NCBI GenBank assembly: GCA_031418955.1
Contig: JANOJW010000182.1
Span: 1 to 43,550, forward strand
Source of the DNA: Hyphomicrobiales bacterium
GTDB lineage: Bacteria > Pseudomonadota > Alphaproteobacteria > Rhizobiales > Hyphomicrobiaceae
Direction: 5' to 3'
Length of the DNA stretch: 43,550 nucleotides
Both the position numbers and the translations under genes were made by a program. Positions 9,588 to 17,823 of the stretch are shown here, piece after piece. The notes beneath the pieces are model-generated. The model saw only the letters and a program-made list of their open reading frames with translations. It was not told where the DNA came from and searched no databases. The number at the start of each line of letters is the position of its first letter. The stretch's first letter is position 1.

Positions 9588-9911
9588 TCATCGGCGTTTT
9601 GCGGCGCTCTTGAATACCATGGCGACGACCGCACCGAAAATCATTCCAAGCACGGCTCCTGGCGACGCGATGAGCAGGCTTACTCCAAGCTTTCGAATGG
9701 ATTCGTCGGCGGCCAGGCTGCTCCAAAACCATAGGATAAGCGCGGTGACGCTGATGTAGGCACCGACGACAATCCAGCTAGACGCTGTACGCCAAAGGGT
9801 CAGCGCGAACCCGAGTGCGCACGCGAAGATGAAGGCAATTGGAAAGACGGCGACAAATGCCGCCGCAGCTAGGCCACCCATCAGTCCTCCGGTACGGCTG
9901 TTGGGGCTCAT
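9588..9911 (-). CDS. hypothetical small integral membrane protein
   Basis: ATG start; 107 aa with 3-4 hydrophobic spans (LAAAAFVAVFPIAFIFACALGFALTLW, WIVVGAYISVTALILWFW, GAVLGMIFGAVVAMVF). GC is visibly lower than in neighbouring genes. Confidence 0.5.
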   Translation of the reverse strand: MSPNSRTGGLMGGLAAAAFVAVFPIAFIFACALGFALTLWRTASSWIVVGAYISVTALILWFWSSLAADESIRKLGVSLLIASPGAVLGMIFGAVVAMVFKSAAKRR

Positions 9912-9935
9912 TGCCCCAGCCCGGCACGCGAGATT

Positions 9936-10521
9936 TCACGCAAGATGCGTGCCGCGATAGGCCTCCGCCAGCGGCGCGGAGAGGCCGATGGAGGCTAGCT
10001 CCATTGTTCCGGCGGGGCTGATCGCTTGCGGGTTTTCCGGCCAGACGCCGTCCGTGCCGCGACGCAGGAGATGCGCGCCGATGCTCCCGGATTCGACGAC
10101 CAGGATTTCGGTGACGCTCGGCAAGGTCGCCAACAGGGCCACGTTGTTCCAGGTGTCGCCGGCGTTGGACGGCGACAGGATTTCGACGACGAGGATCGGG
10201 TCTGGCGTCTTGTGCACCTGGGCCCGGTTCGGCGTGCAGGTGACGGCGATCTCCGGGATGCGGAAATTCCAGTTGGCGCGGAGCTTGGGCTGGATGCCCG
10301 GCGCGGTCACGACGCGGCAATTCGGGCGCGACGTGATCGCATGGTTGGCCAGCAAGTAAATCAGCCTGGCGTGAAGGGTGCCAAAAAGTGTCGGTGGCCA
10401 CGTCCTGGACACGAAGGGCGCCGTCGACGAGTTCATAGCGCCGTCCGGCGCCGTCGCCTGGCCCAGCCAGGAACTCGGCGACGGTCATCAGGCTCGGGAG
10501 CGTTTGGGCGGCGGAATTCAT
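9936..10521 (-). pseudogene. Uma2-family (DUF820) putative endonuclease with a single frameshift
   Basis: The N-terminus MTVAEFLAGPGDGAGRRYELVDGALRVQDV is in the frame starting at 10521. The rest (PPTLFGTLHARLIYLLANH...PDPILVVEILSPSN...ATLPSVTEILVVES) is in ORF 9936-10436. The frames join at about 10395-10405, consistent with a 1-nt deletion. Confidence 0.7.
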
Positions 10522-10608
10522 GCCATCACGCTACCACGCCAAGGCATCGAAAAAACGACGTCGGCGTGGAGGAACAGGATGCCTCTCCGCGCCAAATTTC
10601 GGCGCCGC

Positions 10609-10649
10609 TCACCGGCAGATCAAGACGCCGGTCACCGGCAGATCAAGAC
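10609..10649. repeat. tandem duplication (23-bp period) of the usp 3' end including its stop codon
   Basis: TCACCGGCAGATCAAGAC occurs at 10609-10626 and again at 10632-10649. The second copy encodes VLICR-stop of usp on the minus strand. Confidence 0.8.
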
Positions 10650-11069
10650 TGGCACCGGGCTCAGCGTCACGACCTTGTTGGCCTGACTGCCGAGCAGCAT
10701 GCGGGCGATGCCACGGCGGCCGTGCGAGGCCATCACGATCAGATCGCAGCCGAGCGACTTTGCCGCCTCGACGATGCCTTCGGCCGGCTGCTGATCCTTG
10801 ATGTGACGGCTGGCGCATGGATAGGCCGCCTTGCGCGCGACCTCCGCGACGCCGTTGAGGGTCGACTGGGCGTTCTCCGCCATGCTGCGGTCGTAGTCGT
10901 CGACCGGGAATGCGATCATGCCGTCGCCCGACACGATCGCGCTCCACGGCTCGGTGACTGTGACGGCCGTCACCTTGGCATTCAGCGCGCGGGCGAGCGC
11001 GATGCCTTGTCCGACCGCCTTCTGGGCAAGCTCGGAGCCGTCCGTGGCGATGAGAATGTTCGTGTACAT
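10632..11069 (-). CDS. universal stress protein (UspA family)
   Basis: MYTNILIATDGSELAQKAV...DLIVMASHGRRGIARMLLGSQANKVVTLSPVPVLI is the typical Usp fold signature. A GGAG RBS precedes ATG 11069. The longer 11237 start is rejected. Confidence 0.85.
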   Translation of the reverse strand: MYTNILIATDGSELAQKAVGQGIALARALNAKVTAVTVTEPWSAIVSGDGMIAFPVDDYDRSMAENAQSTLNGVAEVARKAAYPCASRHIKDQQPAEGIVEAAKSLGCDLIVMASHGRRGIARMLLGSQANKVVTLSPVPVLICR

Positions 11070-11221
11070 GAGTGCTGCTCCTCCGGAGCAAGAGTTCAGT
11101 CGCTGTTCAGATGGTGATGTCGATGCGCTGCGACAACGGCGTGGCAACGCAGGGTGGTGCGGCACGGCAGCGCGCGAATCGGATAAGGTCGCCCCAATCG
11201 ATGCCACGCGAGGCCGGAGCC

Positions 11222-11533
11222 ATGACATTGCACCCAAGTTTGTTCCTGACCGCGATGGCGCTCATCCTGATCAGCGTGCCGCCCGTGCTCGGGCACGACC
11301 GGGCGTACGACCGGGGTCGCGTCGTTGCCGTGGCGCCGGCCTATGCGCCCGATCCGATCCAGGGCGTCGGCTGCTACTGGGCGCGCCAGCGAATGTTGTG
11401 CAGCCGCCACTGCTATTGGCAGCCGGACGGCCGGCGCTATTGCGTCGAGCGCGAGCGGCAGGCGCGGCGCGAGCACGTGCCGGTGTATTATGCGCTGCCC
11501 AGCTACGACCGGCACGGCCGGCCGATGAAGTAG
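11222..11533 (+). CDS. small secreted Cys-rich hypothetical protein
   Basis: GGAG precedes ATG 11222. There is an N-terminal Sec-like signal (MTLHPSLFLTAMALILISVPPVLG), and the mature part has 4 Cys (GCYW...LCSRHCYW...YC). The stop lies 8 nt before the peptidase gene. Confidence 0.5.
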   Translation: MTLHPSLFLTAMALILISVPPVLGHDRAYDRGRVVAVAPAYAPDPIQGVGCYWARQRMLCSRHCYWQPDGRRYCVERERQARREHVPVYYALPSYDRHGRPMK

Positions 11534-11541
11534 TCCCGATC

Positions 11542-12114
11542 ATGTCCCCGAGTGCTCCGCCCGGTTCGAGCGCCAAGCTGCAGACGTATGCTGCCGCATT
11601 CGGGGGTCTGTTCGCCGCGATTGTCGTTCCCTCGCTGATCCTGCGGCCGCCGCCTCCGCACACCCTTTTTGCGATGCTGGTGCTCGGCGGGTTTCTGGCC
11701 CTCCTCGCCGCCTATGATCTCGACCAATTCCGCTTGCCCGACTGGCTGACACTGCCGCTGTTGGCGCTCGGGCTCGTGTTTGCCTTGTTGGACAACGTCG
11801 TGTCCGCACAACGCCATGCCGTCGCTGTGCTTTTGGCGGGTGCGGGGCTCTGGCTGTTCGGTCGCCTTTATCACGCGCTGCGCGGCCGAGAGGGACTTGG
11901 GCTCGGAGACGTCAAGCTGTTTGCCGCGCTCGGCGCCTGGGTGGGCCTCGGCGACCTGCTCGTGGTGCTGCTGATTGCTTGTCTCTCCGCGTTGTTCGTG
12001 ATCACGATCGCTCGTTCGGCCGGTCGCGATATCGATGCGGCGACGCCGGTCCCGTTTGGCGTGTTTCTTGCGCTTGGTGGCTGGACGACCTGGCTCTATG
12101 GTCCGTTCGATTGA
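11542..12114 (+). CDS. A24-family prepilin (type IV leader) peptidase, short form without the N-terminal Cys-rich domain
   Basis: Polytopic membrane protein with both catalytic Asp contexts (AAYDLDQFRLPDWLT and GLGDVKLFAALGAW). The longer 10918 ORF start is antisense-overlap noise. Confidence 0.8.
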   Translation: MSPSAPPGSSAKLQTYAAAFGGLFAAIVVPSLILRPPPPHTLFAMLVLGGFLALLAAYDLDQFRLPDWLTLPLLALGLVFALLDNVVSAQRHAVAVLLAGAGLWLFGRLYHALRGREGLGLGDVKLFAALGAWVGLGDLLVVLLIACLSALFVITIARSAGRDIDAATPVPFGVFLALGGWTTWLYGPFD

Positions 12115-12128
12115 ATGGCTTGGACTCC

Positions 12129-12587
12129 ATGACTGCAGTGATGACAACGGCGCACTCGACCCGGACGACACCTCGGCACAATGGCGGCGAGGCGGGTTTC
12201 ACGCTGCTCGAGTTGCTGGTGGCGCTCGGCATCCTGGTGTTGCTCGCCGCCGTGGTCGGTCCGCAGGTCGCCGGATATCTGAGCCGCGCGCGCACCGATA
12301 CGGCACGTGTGCAGCTCTCGGCGGTCGCCAGCGCGCTCGAACTCTACGCGCTCGACAACGGCGGCTATCCGCGCCCGGAAGCGGGCTTGCGGGCACTGAT
12401 GGAGCCGCCGGCGGGGTCCGCACGCTGGCGGGGGCCCTATCTGGTCAAGGCCGAGGGCCTCGTCGACCCGTGGGGGCGGCCGTATCTTTATCGCGTGCCC
12501 GGCCGCAACCGCGCGTTCGAGGTCTATACCCTTGGCCGCGACAATGCGCCGGGCGGCACCGGCGAGGACCAGGACGTCACCAACTGA
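12129..12587 (+). CDS. gspG: type II secretion major pseudopilin GspG
   Basis: Prepilin leader ending ...GGEAG|FTLLELLVALGILVLLAAVVGP, then a GspG core (TDTARVQL...LELYALDNGGYP...GPYL...DPWGRPYLYRVPG...GRDNAPGGTGEDQDV). Confidence 0.85.
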   Translation: MTAVMTTAHSTRTTPRHNGGEAGFTLLELLVALGILVLLAAVVGPQVAGYLSRARTDTARVQLSAVASALELYALDNGGYPRPEAGLRALMEPPAGSARWRGPYLVKAEGLVDPWGRPYLYRVPGRNRAFEVYTLGRDNAPGGTGEDQDVTN

Positions 12588-13574
12588 GTGTCCTTCATGC
12601 CCCAAACTGAATCACCCCGCCTGCGCCTCGGCATCACGCGCGCGCTGCCCGAGCCTGTGCTCGACATGATGCGCGCCCGCCACGACGTGTGGGTGAACCC
12701 GGACGACCGGGTGCTGTCGCCCGACGAGCTGATGCAGGCGGCCGGCGCCAACGACGCGCTGATCGTCACCGCGTTCGACCGGTTCGATGCCGACGTCATC
12801 GCGCGGCTGCCGGCGTCCTTCCGGATCCTGTCGACCTTTTCCGTCGGCAATGAGCACATCGATCTGGAGGCCGCCCGACGCCGTGGCTTGGCCGTGCTGT
12901 CGACGCCCGACGTGCTCAGCGACTCGGTCGCCGAGATGGCGATCTTTCTGATGCTCGGTGCTGCACGTCGCGGCCATGAGGGAGCCCGCCTCATCTACGA
13001 GCGGCGCTGGACCGGCTGGACGCCGACGCAGCTCATCGGCGCGCAAGTCAGCGGCACGCGGATGGGCATCCTCGGCATGGGGCGCATCGGCCGCGCCATC
13101 GCGCAGCGCGCGCGCGGCTTCGACATGCCCGTCCACTATCACAACCGCCGCCGACTGGAGGCAGCCCACGAGGCCGGCGCTATCTACCACGACACGGTGG
13201 AGGGGCTGCTTGCGTCGAGCGACGTGCTGGTGCTCGCCGCGCCCTCCTCGCCCACGACCCGCCGCGTGCTCGATACCACCCGAATCGCGCGGCTCCCCGA
13301 GGGCGCGATCGTGGTAAACATCGCCCGCGGCGATCTCGTCGACGACGATGCGCTGATCGCGGCGCTGAAGGCTGGTCGCATCGCCGCCGCCGGCCTCGAT
13401 GTGTTCGACAACGAGCCACGGCTCGACCCGCGCTATCTGGGGCTCGACAGCGTGTTCCTGCAACCCCACCAGGGCAGCTCGACACTGACCGCGCGTCGCA
13501 AGATGGGGGCGATCCTGCTCGACGGCTTTGCGGCGGTGCTCGCCGGGCGGCCAGCCGTCAACCGGCTGGTTTGA
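12588..13574 (+). CDS. D-isomer-specific 2-hydroxyacid dehydrogenase (glyoxylate/hydroxypyruvate reductase-like)
   Basis: NAD-binding motif GILGMGRIGRAIAQRA is present, together with ...NIARGDLVD... and the catalytic ...HQGSST... context. The start is GTG 12588 or ATG 12597. Confidence 0.85.
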   Translation: MSFMPQTESPRLRLGITRALPEPVLDMMRARHDVWVNPDDRVLSPDELMQAAGANDALIVTAFDRFDADVIARLPASFRILSTFSVGNEHIDLEAARRRGLAVLSTPDVLSDSVAEMAIFLMLGAARRGHEGARLIYERRWTGWTPTQLIGAQVSGTRMGILGMGRIGRAIAQRARGFDMPVHYHNRRRLEAAHEAGAIYHDTVEGLLASSDVLVLAAPSSPTTRRVLDTTRIARLPEGAIVVNIARGDLVDDDALIAALKAGRIAAAGLDVFDNEPRLDPRYLGLDSVFLQPHQGSSTLTARRKMGAILLDGFAAVLAGRPAVNRLV

Positions 13575-13768
13575 CATACATGGAGCCAAATCCCGGCGAT
13601 TGCGATTTTATGCTCGGCATTTGCCAAGCGCGCCATTGCCCCTTTGCGCAGTGCGGCCGGCTTGCCATATAAGGACGTCAAGGCGGCAGGGCGACGCTTT
13701 GACAGACGAACCGCTGGCCAGGCGCACGACACTTGCGCCCCATCTTCACCCAACGAGGCACTCGACAC

Positions 13769-15016
13769 ATGCCCTGGAGCAACAATAGCGGCGGCGGCGG
13801 CGGCTGGAAAAGCGGCGGCGGCGGCAACAATAGCGGTGGTGGCGGTGGCGGTGGCCCTTGGGGCCAGGGACCGTCGGGGGGCGGCGGCGGCGGCAGTCAG
13901 CCGCCCGATCTCGACGAGATCCTCAAGCGCGGGCAGGACCGGCTGAAGCAGGTCACCGGCGGCGGCGGACTGAGCGGCCTTGCCATGGCGCTGCTCGCGC
14001 TCGCTGCGGCAGCCGCCTGGCTGCTGTCGGGCTTCTACACCGTGCGCACCAACGAAGTCGCCCTCGAGATGCGCTTTGGCGAGTTCAAGCAGAGAAAGGG
14101 CGAAGGCCTCAACTACAACTGGCCCTATCCCGTCGGCTCCGTGATCAAGCTGCCGGTCACCGACGTGCGCAACGTCGAGATCGGCTCGACGCCGATCGAT
14201 ACGCGGCGCGGCAACAACCAGTCGCTGCAGACCACCGACAGCCTGATGTTGACCGCCGACGAGAACATCGTCGACGTCGGCTTTTCGGTGCAGTGGCGTA
14301 TCAACGCGCAACGACCGCAGGACTATGTGTTCAACATCGAGAAGCCAGACGCATCGATCAAGGCGGTTGCTGAAAGCGCCATGCGCGAGGTGGTCGGCCG
14401 ACGTCAGTTGAGGAACGTGCTCCCCAGCGAGGTACCGCCCACTCCTGCGGTTGCACCAGGCACGCCCGCAGTTCCCGCCCTTGCGCCGGGTGCCACCGCT
14501 CCGGCGGCCGTTGCTGCCGTCACCGCGCAGAACGAGATCATCGACGAGGTCCGCAAGGCTATCCAGGGCACGCTCGACCAGTACGGCGCTGGCATCGTCG
14601 TCGAGCGAGTCATCATCACCCGCATCGGCCCGCCGGCTGACGTGCTCAAGGCCTTCACCGACGTGCAGGCTGCCGTCCAGGAGCGCGATCGCCTTCAGAA
14701 CGAGGCGCAGACGCACGCCTCGAGCGTCGTCCCGCGTGCCAAGGGGCAGGCCACCCAGATCACCATCGAGGCGGACGCCTATCGCCAGCGGCTCACTGCC
14801 GAAGCTCTGGGTGCTGCCTCCCGCTACAAGCAGGTGCTGGACGAGTACTCCAAGGCGAAGGAAGTGACGCGCGAGCGGATGTTCCTCGAGACCATGGAGC
14901 GGGTGCTCGGCGGCACCGACAAGATCCTCATCGACAAGCAGTCCGGTGGCGGCGGCGTCGTACCCTATCTGCCGCTCAACGAGCTGCAGAAGCGCCCCGC
15001 CGCTCAGCCGAAATAA
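13769..15016 (+). CDS. hflK: FtsH protease modulator HflK
   Basis: Gly-rich N-terminus MPWSNNSGGGGGWKSGGGG..., a TM segment, and an SPFH/band-7 domain (ALEMRFGEF..., MLTADENIVDV, RERMFLETMERVL). It is followed by hflC. Confidence 0.9.
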   Translation: MPWSNNSGGGGGWKSGGGGNNSGGGGGGGPWGQGPSGGGGGGSQPPDLDEILKRGQDRLKQVTGGGGLSGLAMALLALAAAAAWLLSGFYTVRTNEVALEMRFGEFKQRKGEGLNYNWPYPVGSVIKLPVTDVRNVEIGSTPIDTRRGNNQSLQTTDSLMLTADENIVDVGFSVQWRINAQRPQDYVFNIEKPDASIKAVAESAMREVVGRRQLRNVLPSEVPPTPAVAPGTPAVPALAPGATAPAAVAAVTAQNEIIDEVRKAIQGTLDQYGAGIVVERVIITRIGPPADVLKAFTDVQAAVQERDRLQNEAQTHASSVVPRAKGQATQITIEADAYRQRLTAEALGAASRYKQVLDEYSKAKEVTRERMFLETMERVLGGTDKILIDKQSGGGGVVPYLPLNELQKRPAAQPK

Positions 15017-15040
15017 CGCCAGCACCGTCGGAGACTTTCC

Positions 15041-15922
15041 ATGAGCCCTATCCGCATGCTGCTGGCGATCCTGATCGGCGCCGGCGCCTTTGTGTTCTTC
15101 AACTCGGCCTTCATCGTGCCGCAGACGGCCTCCGCGCTGGTGTTTCAGTTCGGCCGCCTCGCCCGGCCCGCGATCGCCACCCCGGGCCTCTACTTCAAGT
15201 GGCCGTTCATCGAGACCGTGACGTTCATCGACAAGCGGGTGCTCGACAACGATCTGCGCCCGCAGACGGTGCTCGCCTCCGACCAGAAGAACCTCGTGGT
15301 CGACGCCTTCACCCGCTACAAGGTCATCGACCCGTTGAAGTTCTTCCAGGCGTTGAACAACCAGCGCCTCGCCAACCAGACGCTCGAGCGCATCGTCAAC
15401 GACCGCGTCCGCTCGGTGCTCTCCAGCGCCACGACGACGCAGATCATCAATACGAATCGCGCAGCGCTGATGGAGGAGATCCAGCAGCAGGTGAACCGCG
15501 AGGCGAAGGCGCTCGGCATCGAGATCGTCGACGTTCGGCTCTCCAAGGTCGAGCTGCCGCCGGAGACGACACAGGCCGTGTTCCGCCGCATGACCACGGA
15601 CCGCGAGCGCGAGGCCGCGGCACTGCGGGCGCTCGGCGCCCAGCTTGCGCAGAAAATCCGCTCGGAGGCCGATGCCGAGGTGCAGGTCATCCTCGGCACA
15701 GCCAACAAAGAAGCCGACGAGCTGCGCGGACGCGGCGAAGCCGACAAGACGCGCATCATGGCCGAGGCGTTCGGCCGCGATCCGGAATTCGCCGCGTTCT
15801 ACCGCTCGATGCAGGCCTATGAGGCGAGCTTCCAGAAGGGCGACACGCGCATGATCCTGTCGCCCGACAGCCCGTTCTTCCGCTACTTCAACCAGTCGAC
15901 GCCACCGGCTTCCCGGCGCTGA
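15041..15922 (+). CDS. hflC: FtsH protease modulator HflC
   Basis: GGAGA RBS; N-terminal TM segment and SPFH domain (SAFIVPQTASALVFQFGR..., TTDREREAA..., FYRSMQAYE). Confidence 0.9.
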   Translation: MSPIRMLLAILIGAGAFVFFNSAFIVPQTASALVFQFGRLARPAIATPGLYFKWPFIETVTFIDKRVLDNDLRPQTVLASDQKNLVVDAFTRYKVIDPLKFFQALNNQRLANQTLERIVNDRVRSVLSSATTTQIINTNRAALMEEIQQQVNREAKALGIEIVDVRLSKVELPPETTQAVFRRMTTDREREAAALRALGAQLAQKIRSEADAEVQVILGTANKEADELRGRGEADKTRIMAEAFGRDPEFAAFYRSMQAYEASFQKGDTRMILSPDSPFFRYFNQSTPPASRR

Positions 15923-15941
15923 TCGGACGCGAGCCCCCCCG

Positions 15942-16124
15942 ATGTCGGATCTCATCGTGGCGCTGGGTCTCGTCCTGGTGATCGAGGGCCTGATCTGGGC
16001 CGCCTTCCCGCGCCTCGGCCTGCGCATGCTGACGGCCGCATCGGAAATGCCGGAGCAGGCGCTGCGCCTCTCTGGCATCCTGGCGCTCGCCTGCGGTGTG
16101 CTGGTGGTGTGGCTGGCGCGGTGA
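15942..16124 (+). CDS. DUF2065-family small membrane protein
   Basis: A 60-aa two-TM protein (LVLVIEGLIWAAFP...) in the canonical position after hflKC. Confidence 0.7.
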   Translation: MSDLIVALGLVLVIEGLIWAAFPRLGLRMLTAASEMPEQALRLSGILALACGVLVVWLAR

Positions 16125-16437
16125 ACTCTGCGCCGAGATTATTCAACTGGGCACGCTTCCCCTCGTCCCGCCGCCGTCGGGCGACCGGAAGGGCCGTTAA
16201 CTGATTCACAGTTCAAAGAGCGGCCCCCGAGCACAGACCGGATCGCTGTGGACACGATCCGACCGATGCCTGGTGGCTTGTCCCAGATCATGAGGCAACT
16301 CAGGCGCATGGGCATAAGTTTCGGTGCCGCTTGCGTGGACCACGGTTAATCGCGGGGATAGATTTGCCAGCCGGTCCAGGCATTGCCCGGGTGCACCCGA
16401 CGGGTCGTCCCGCCACCGACAAGCCCGAGCCGCTCGA

Positions 16438-17415
16438 TCATCGCGCCGGGGTCGGCGTTTCCGGCTTCAGCTTCGCTGGCCGATTGGTGCCGCGGGTCAG
16501 CAGGTGATCGCCCGGCAGCAGGCGCTGGTCGAGCTTCAAGCCGGCGCGGCGCCCGTCGGCCCAGGCGATCTCGCCGGTCAACTCGCGGCTGCCGATGGTC
16601 AACGAGACACGCTCGCCGGGCTTGGAGCGGCGGTCCATCTCGAGCCCCAGTCCCGACAGCGACGCATCGCGGATGACCACCGACACCGTGCCGTTGGGAA
16701 ACCTCGCGATCGCGTCGGCCCGCATGTCGTGGCGCGTCTCGCGTCGGCGCTCGGCCCAGCCCGGGATGGTGACGCGGCCGTCCGGGTCGAGGCACGGCTG
16801 CCGGCCGGCCTCGGCCTGCGCCAGCAGATCCGTGACGCGCAATTCCGTCGCCTGCGCTGGCACGCGGTCCAACGCTTCGATGGCGCTGAGTGCCGCACGC
16901 GCCGCCGCGCACGTTCGCCGCCAGGCGTCGGCCAGGATCTCCGGATCGACGAGGTTCGAGCCGGCCGCCTGCTCGGCGAACGACGCGCTCATGCGCTGCG
17001 CCAGCGCCAGACGCGCCGCATAGGATTGAAGCGCGTGACAGACCTCGACGTCGACGTCCTCGCCGATCAGCCGTTCCAGTGCGGCCGCAAGCGTGGTCGC
17101 CGGCGGCGGCACATAGACCGCCAGCGCCTTCGGGCTCGGCGCGTCGGGGCCACCTGCCTCGATCGCATTGGCGAGGCTGGCCGCTGCCGCGATCAGCACG
17201 GCCGCGTTGACAATCTCGGCCTTCAACGCGCGCGCATAGCGCAGCGGTCGGCGATCGGCAGCAGGCAGGTCCGGCCGGTTGCTGCGGAAGCGCTCGAAGG
17301 CCTCGTACTCGGCAAGCTCAGCCGCGACCTCGGCGAATTCGTTCACGTCACGGCTCCACGCGTTGGTGGCTGGCGTTGCGCCACGCGCGAGATCGTGACC
17401 GAACTTTCCTAGCAA
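16438..17415 (-). CDS. PilZ-domain protein with an uncharacterised alpha-helical N-terminal region
   Basis: The C-terminus carries PilZ motifs (RRRETRHDM...A...VIRDASLSGLGLEM...GERVSL...GEIAWADGRRAGLKL). The start is uncertain (TTG 17415 or GTG ~17346). Confidence 0.65.
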   Translation of the reverse strand: MLGKFGHDLARGATPATNAWSRDVNEFAEVAAELAEYEAFERFRSNRPDLPAADRRPLRYARALKAEIVNAAVLIAAAASLANAIEAGGPDAPSPKALAVYVPPPATTLAAALERLIGEDVDVEVCHALQSYAARLALAQRMSASFAEQAAGSNLVDPEILADAWRRTCAAARAALSAIEALDRVPAQATELRVTDLLAQAEAGRQPCLDPDGRVTIPGWAERRRETRHDMRADAIARFPNGTVSVVIRDASLSGLGLEMDRRSKPGERVSLTIGSRELTGEIAWADGRRAGLKLDQRLLPGDHLLTRGTNRPAKLKPETPTPAR

Positions 17416-17823
17416 TTCCTGAACGCCCGCCCCGCAATGCGCCGGATTGCGCTGGAACAGACACTAAGCAGGTTGCGCTGATGTCCCAGCCGGTCGACCG
17501 TCTGAAAGCCGACAGTCGACGGCGGACGTGATGGGCCAAGTGCGGTCGTTGGCGGCGGGCGTGATGTAGGGCGCAATAGCGCGTCCGCCGACCGTTCCAT
17601 CGCCTCAACGTCACCGCGCGTATTGCGCCGACCTGCAGCGGTGACCGTCGCGGCGCGATACGCGCGTTCGATGCGGCACGGGTGGAAAGCATGGTGCGCG
17701 CGCTATGGCGCCCTACGACGCGAGGACCGTTCCGGGGCACGCGCGCCGCCTCACTCGCCGAACGTGGCAGTTTTGGTCGGAGACCGTCGCGTGTCGGCCG
17801 TTGGCCGAGCGACGACAGCTCGC

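Noticed and set aside
13644-13745. Promoter-like hexamers upstream of hflK: TTGCGC-N18-TATAAG at 13644-13673, TTGACA at 13699-13704, and CCCCATCT at 13738-13745 (resembling a sigma-32 -10 element)
   Set aside because: The spacing or partner elements are missing or weak, and such matches are expected by chance. They cannot be supported without transcription start data.
13790-13900. GGC-rich repetitive DNA that could be mistaken for a microsatellite or array
   Set aside because: It encodes the glycine-rich N-terminal tail typical of HflK, so it is low-complexity coding sequence and not a CRISPR array or a noncoding repeat.
13433-16078. 881-aa minus-strand ORF spanning hflK-hflC-DUF2065
   Set aside because: It is a shadow ORF antisense to three well-supported genes, with low-complexity R/A/G/L composition.
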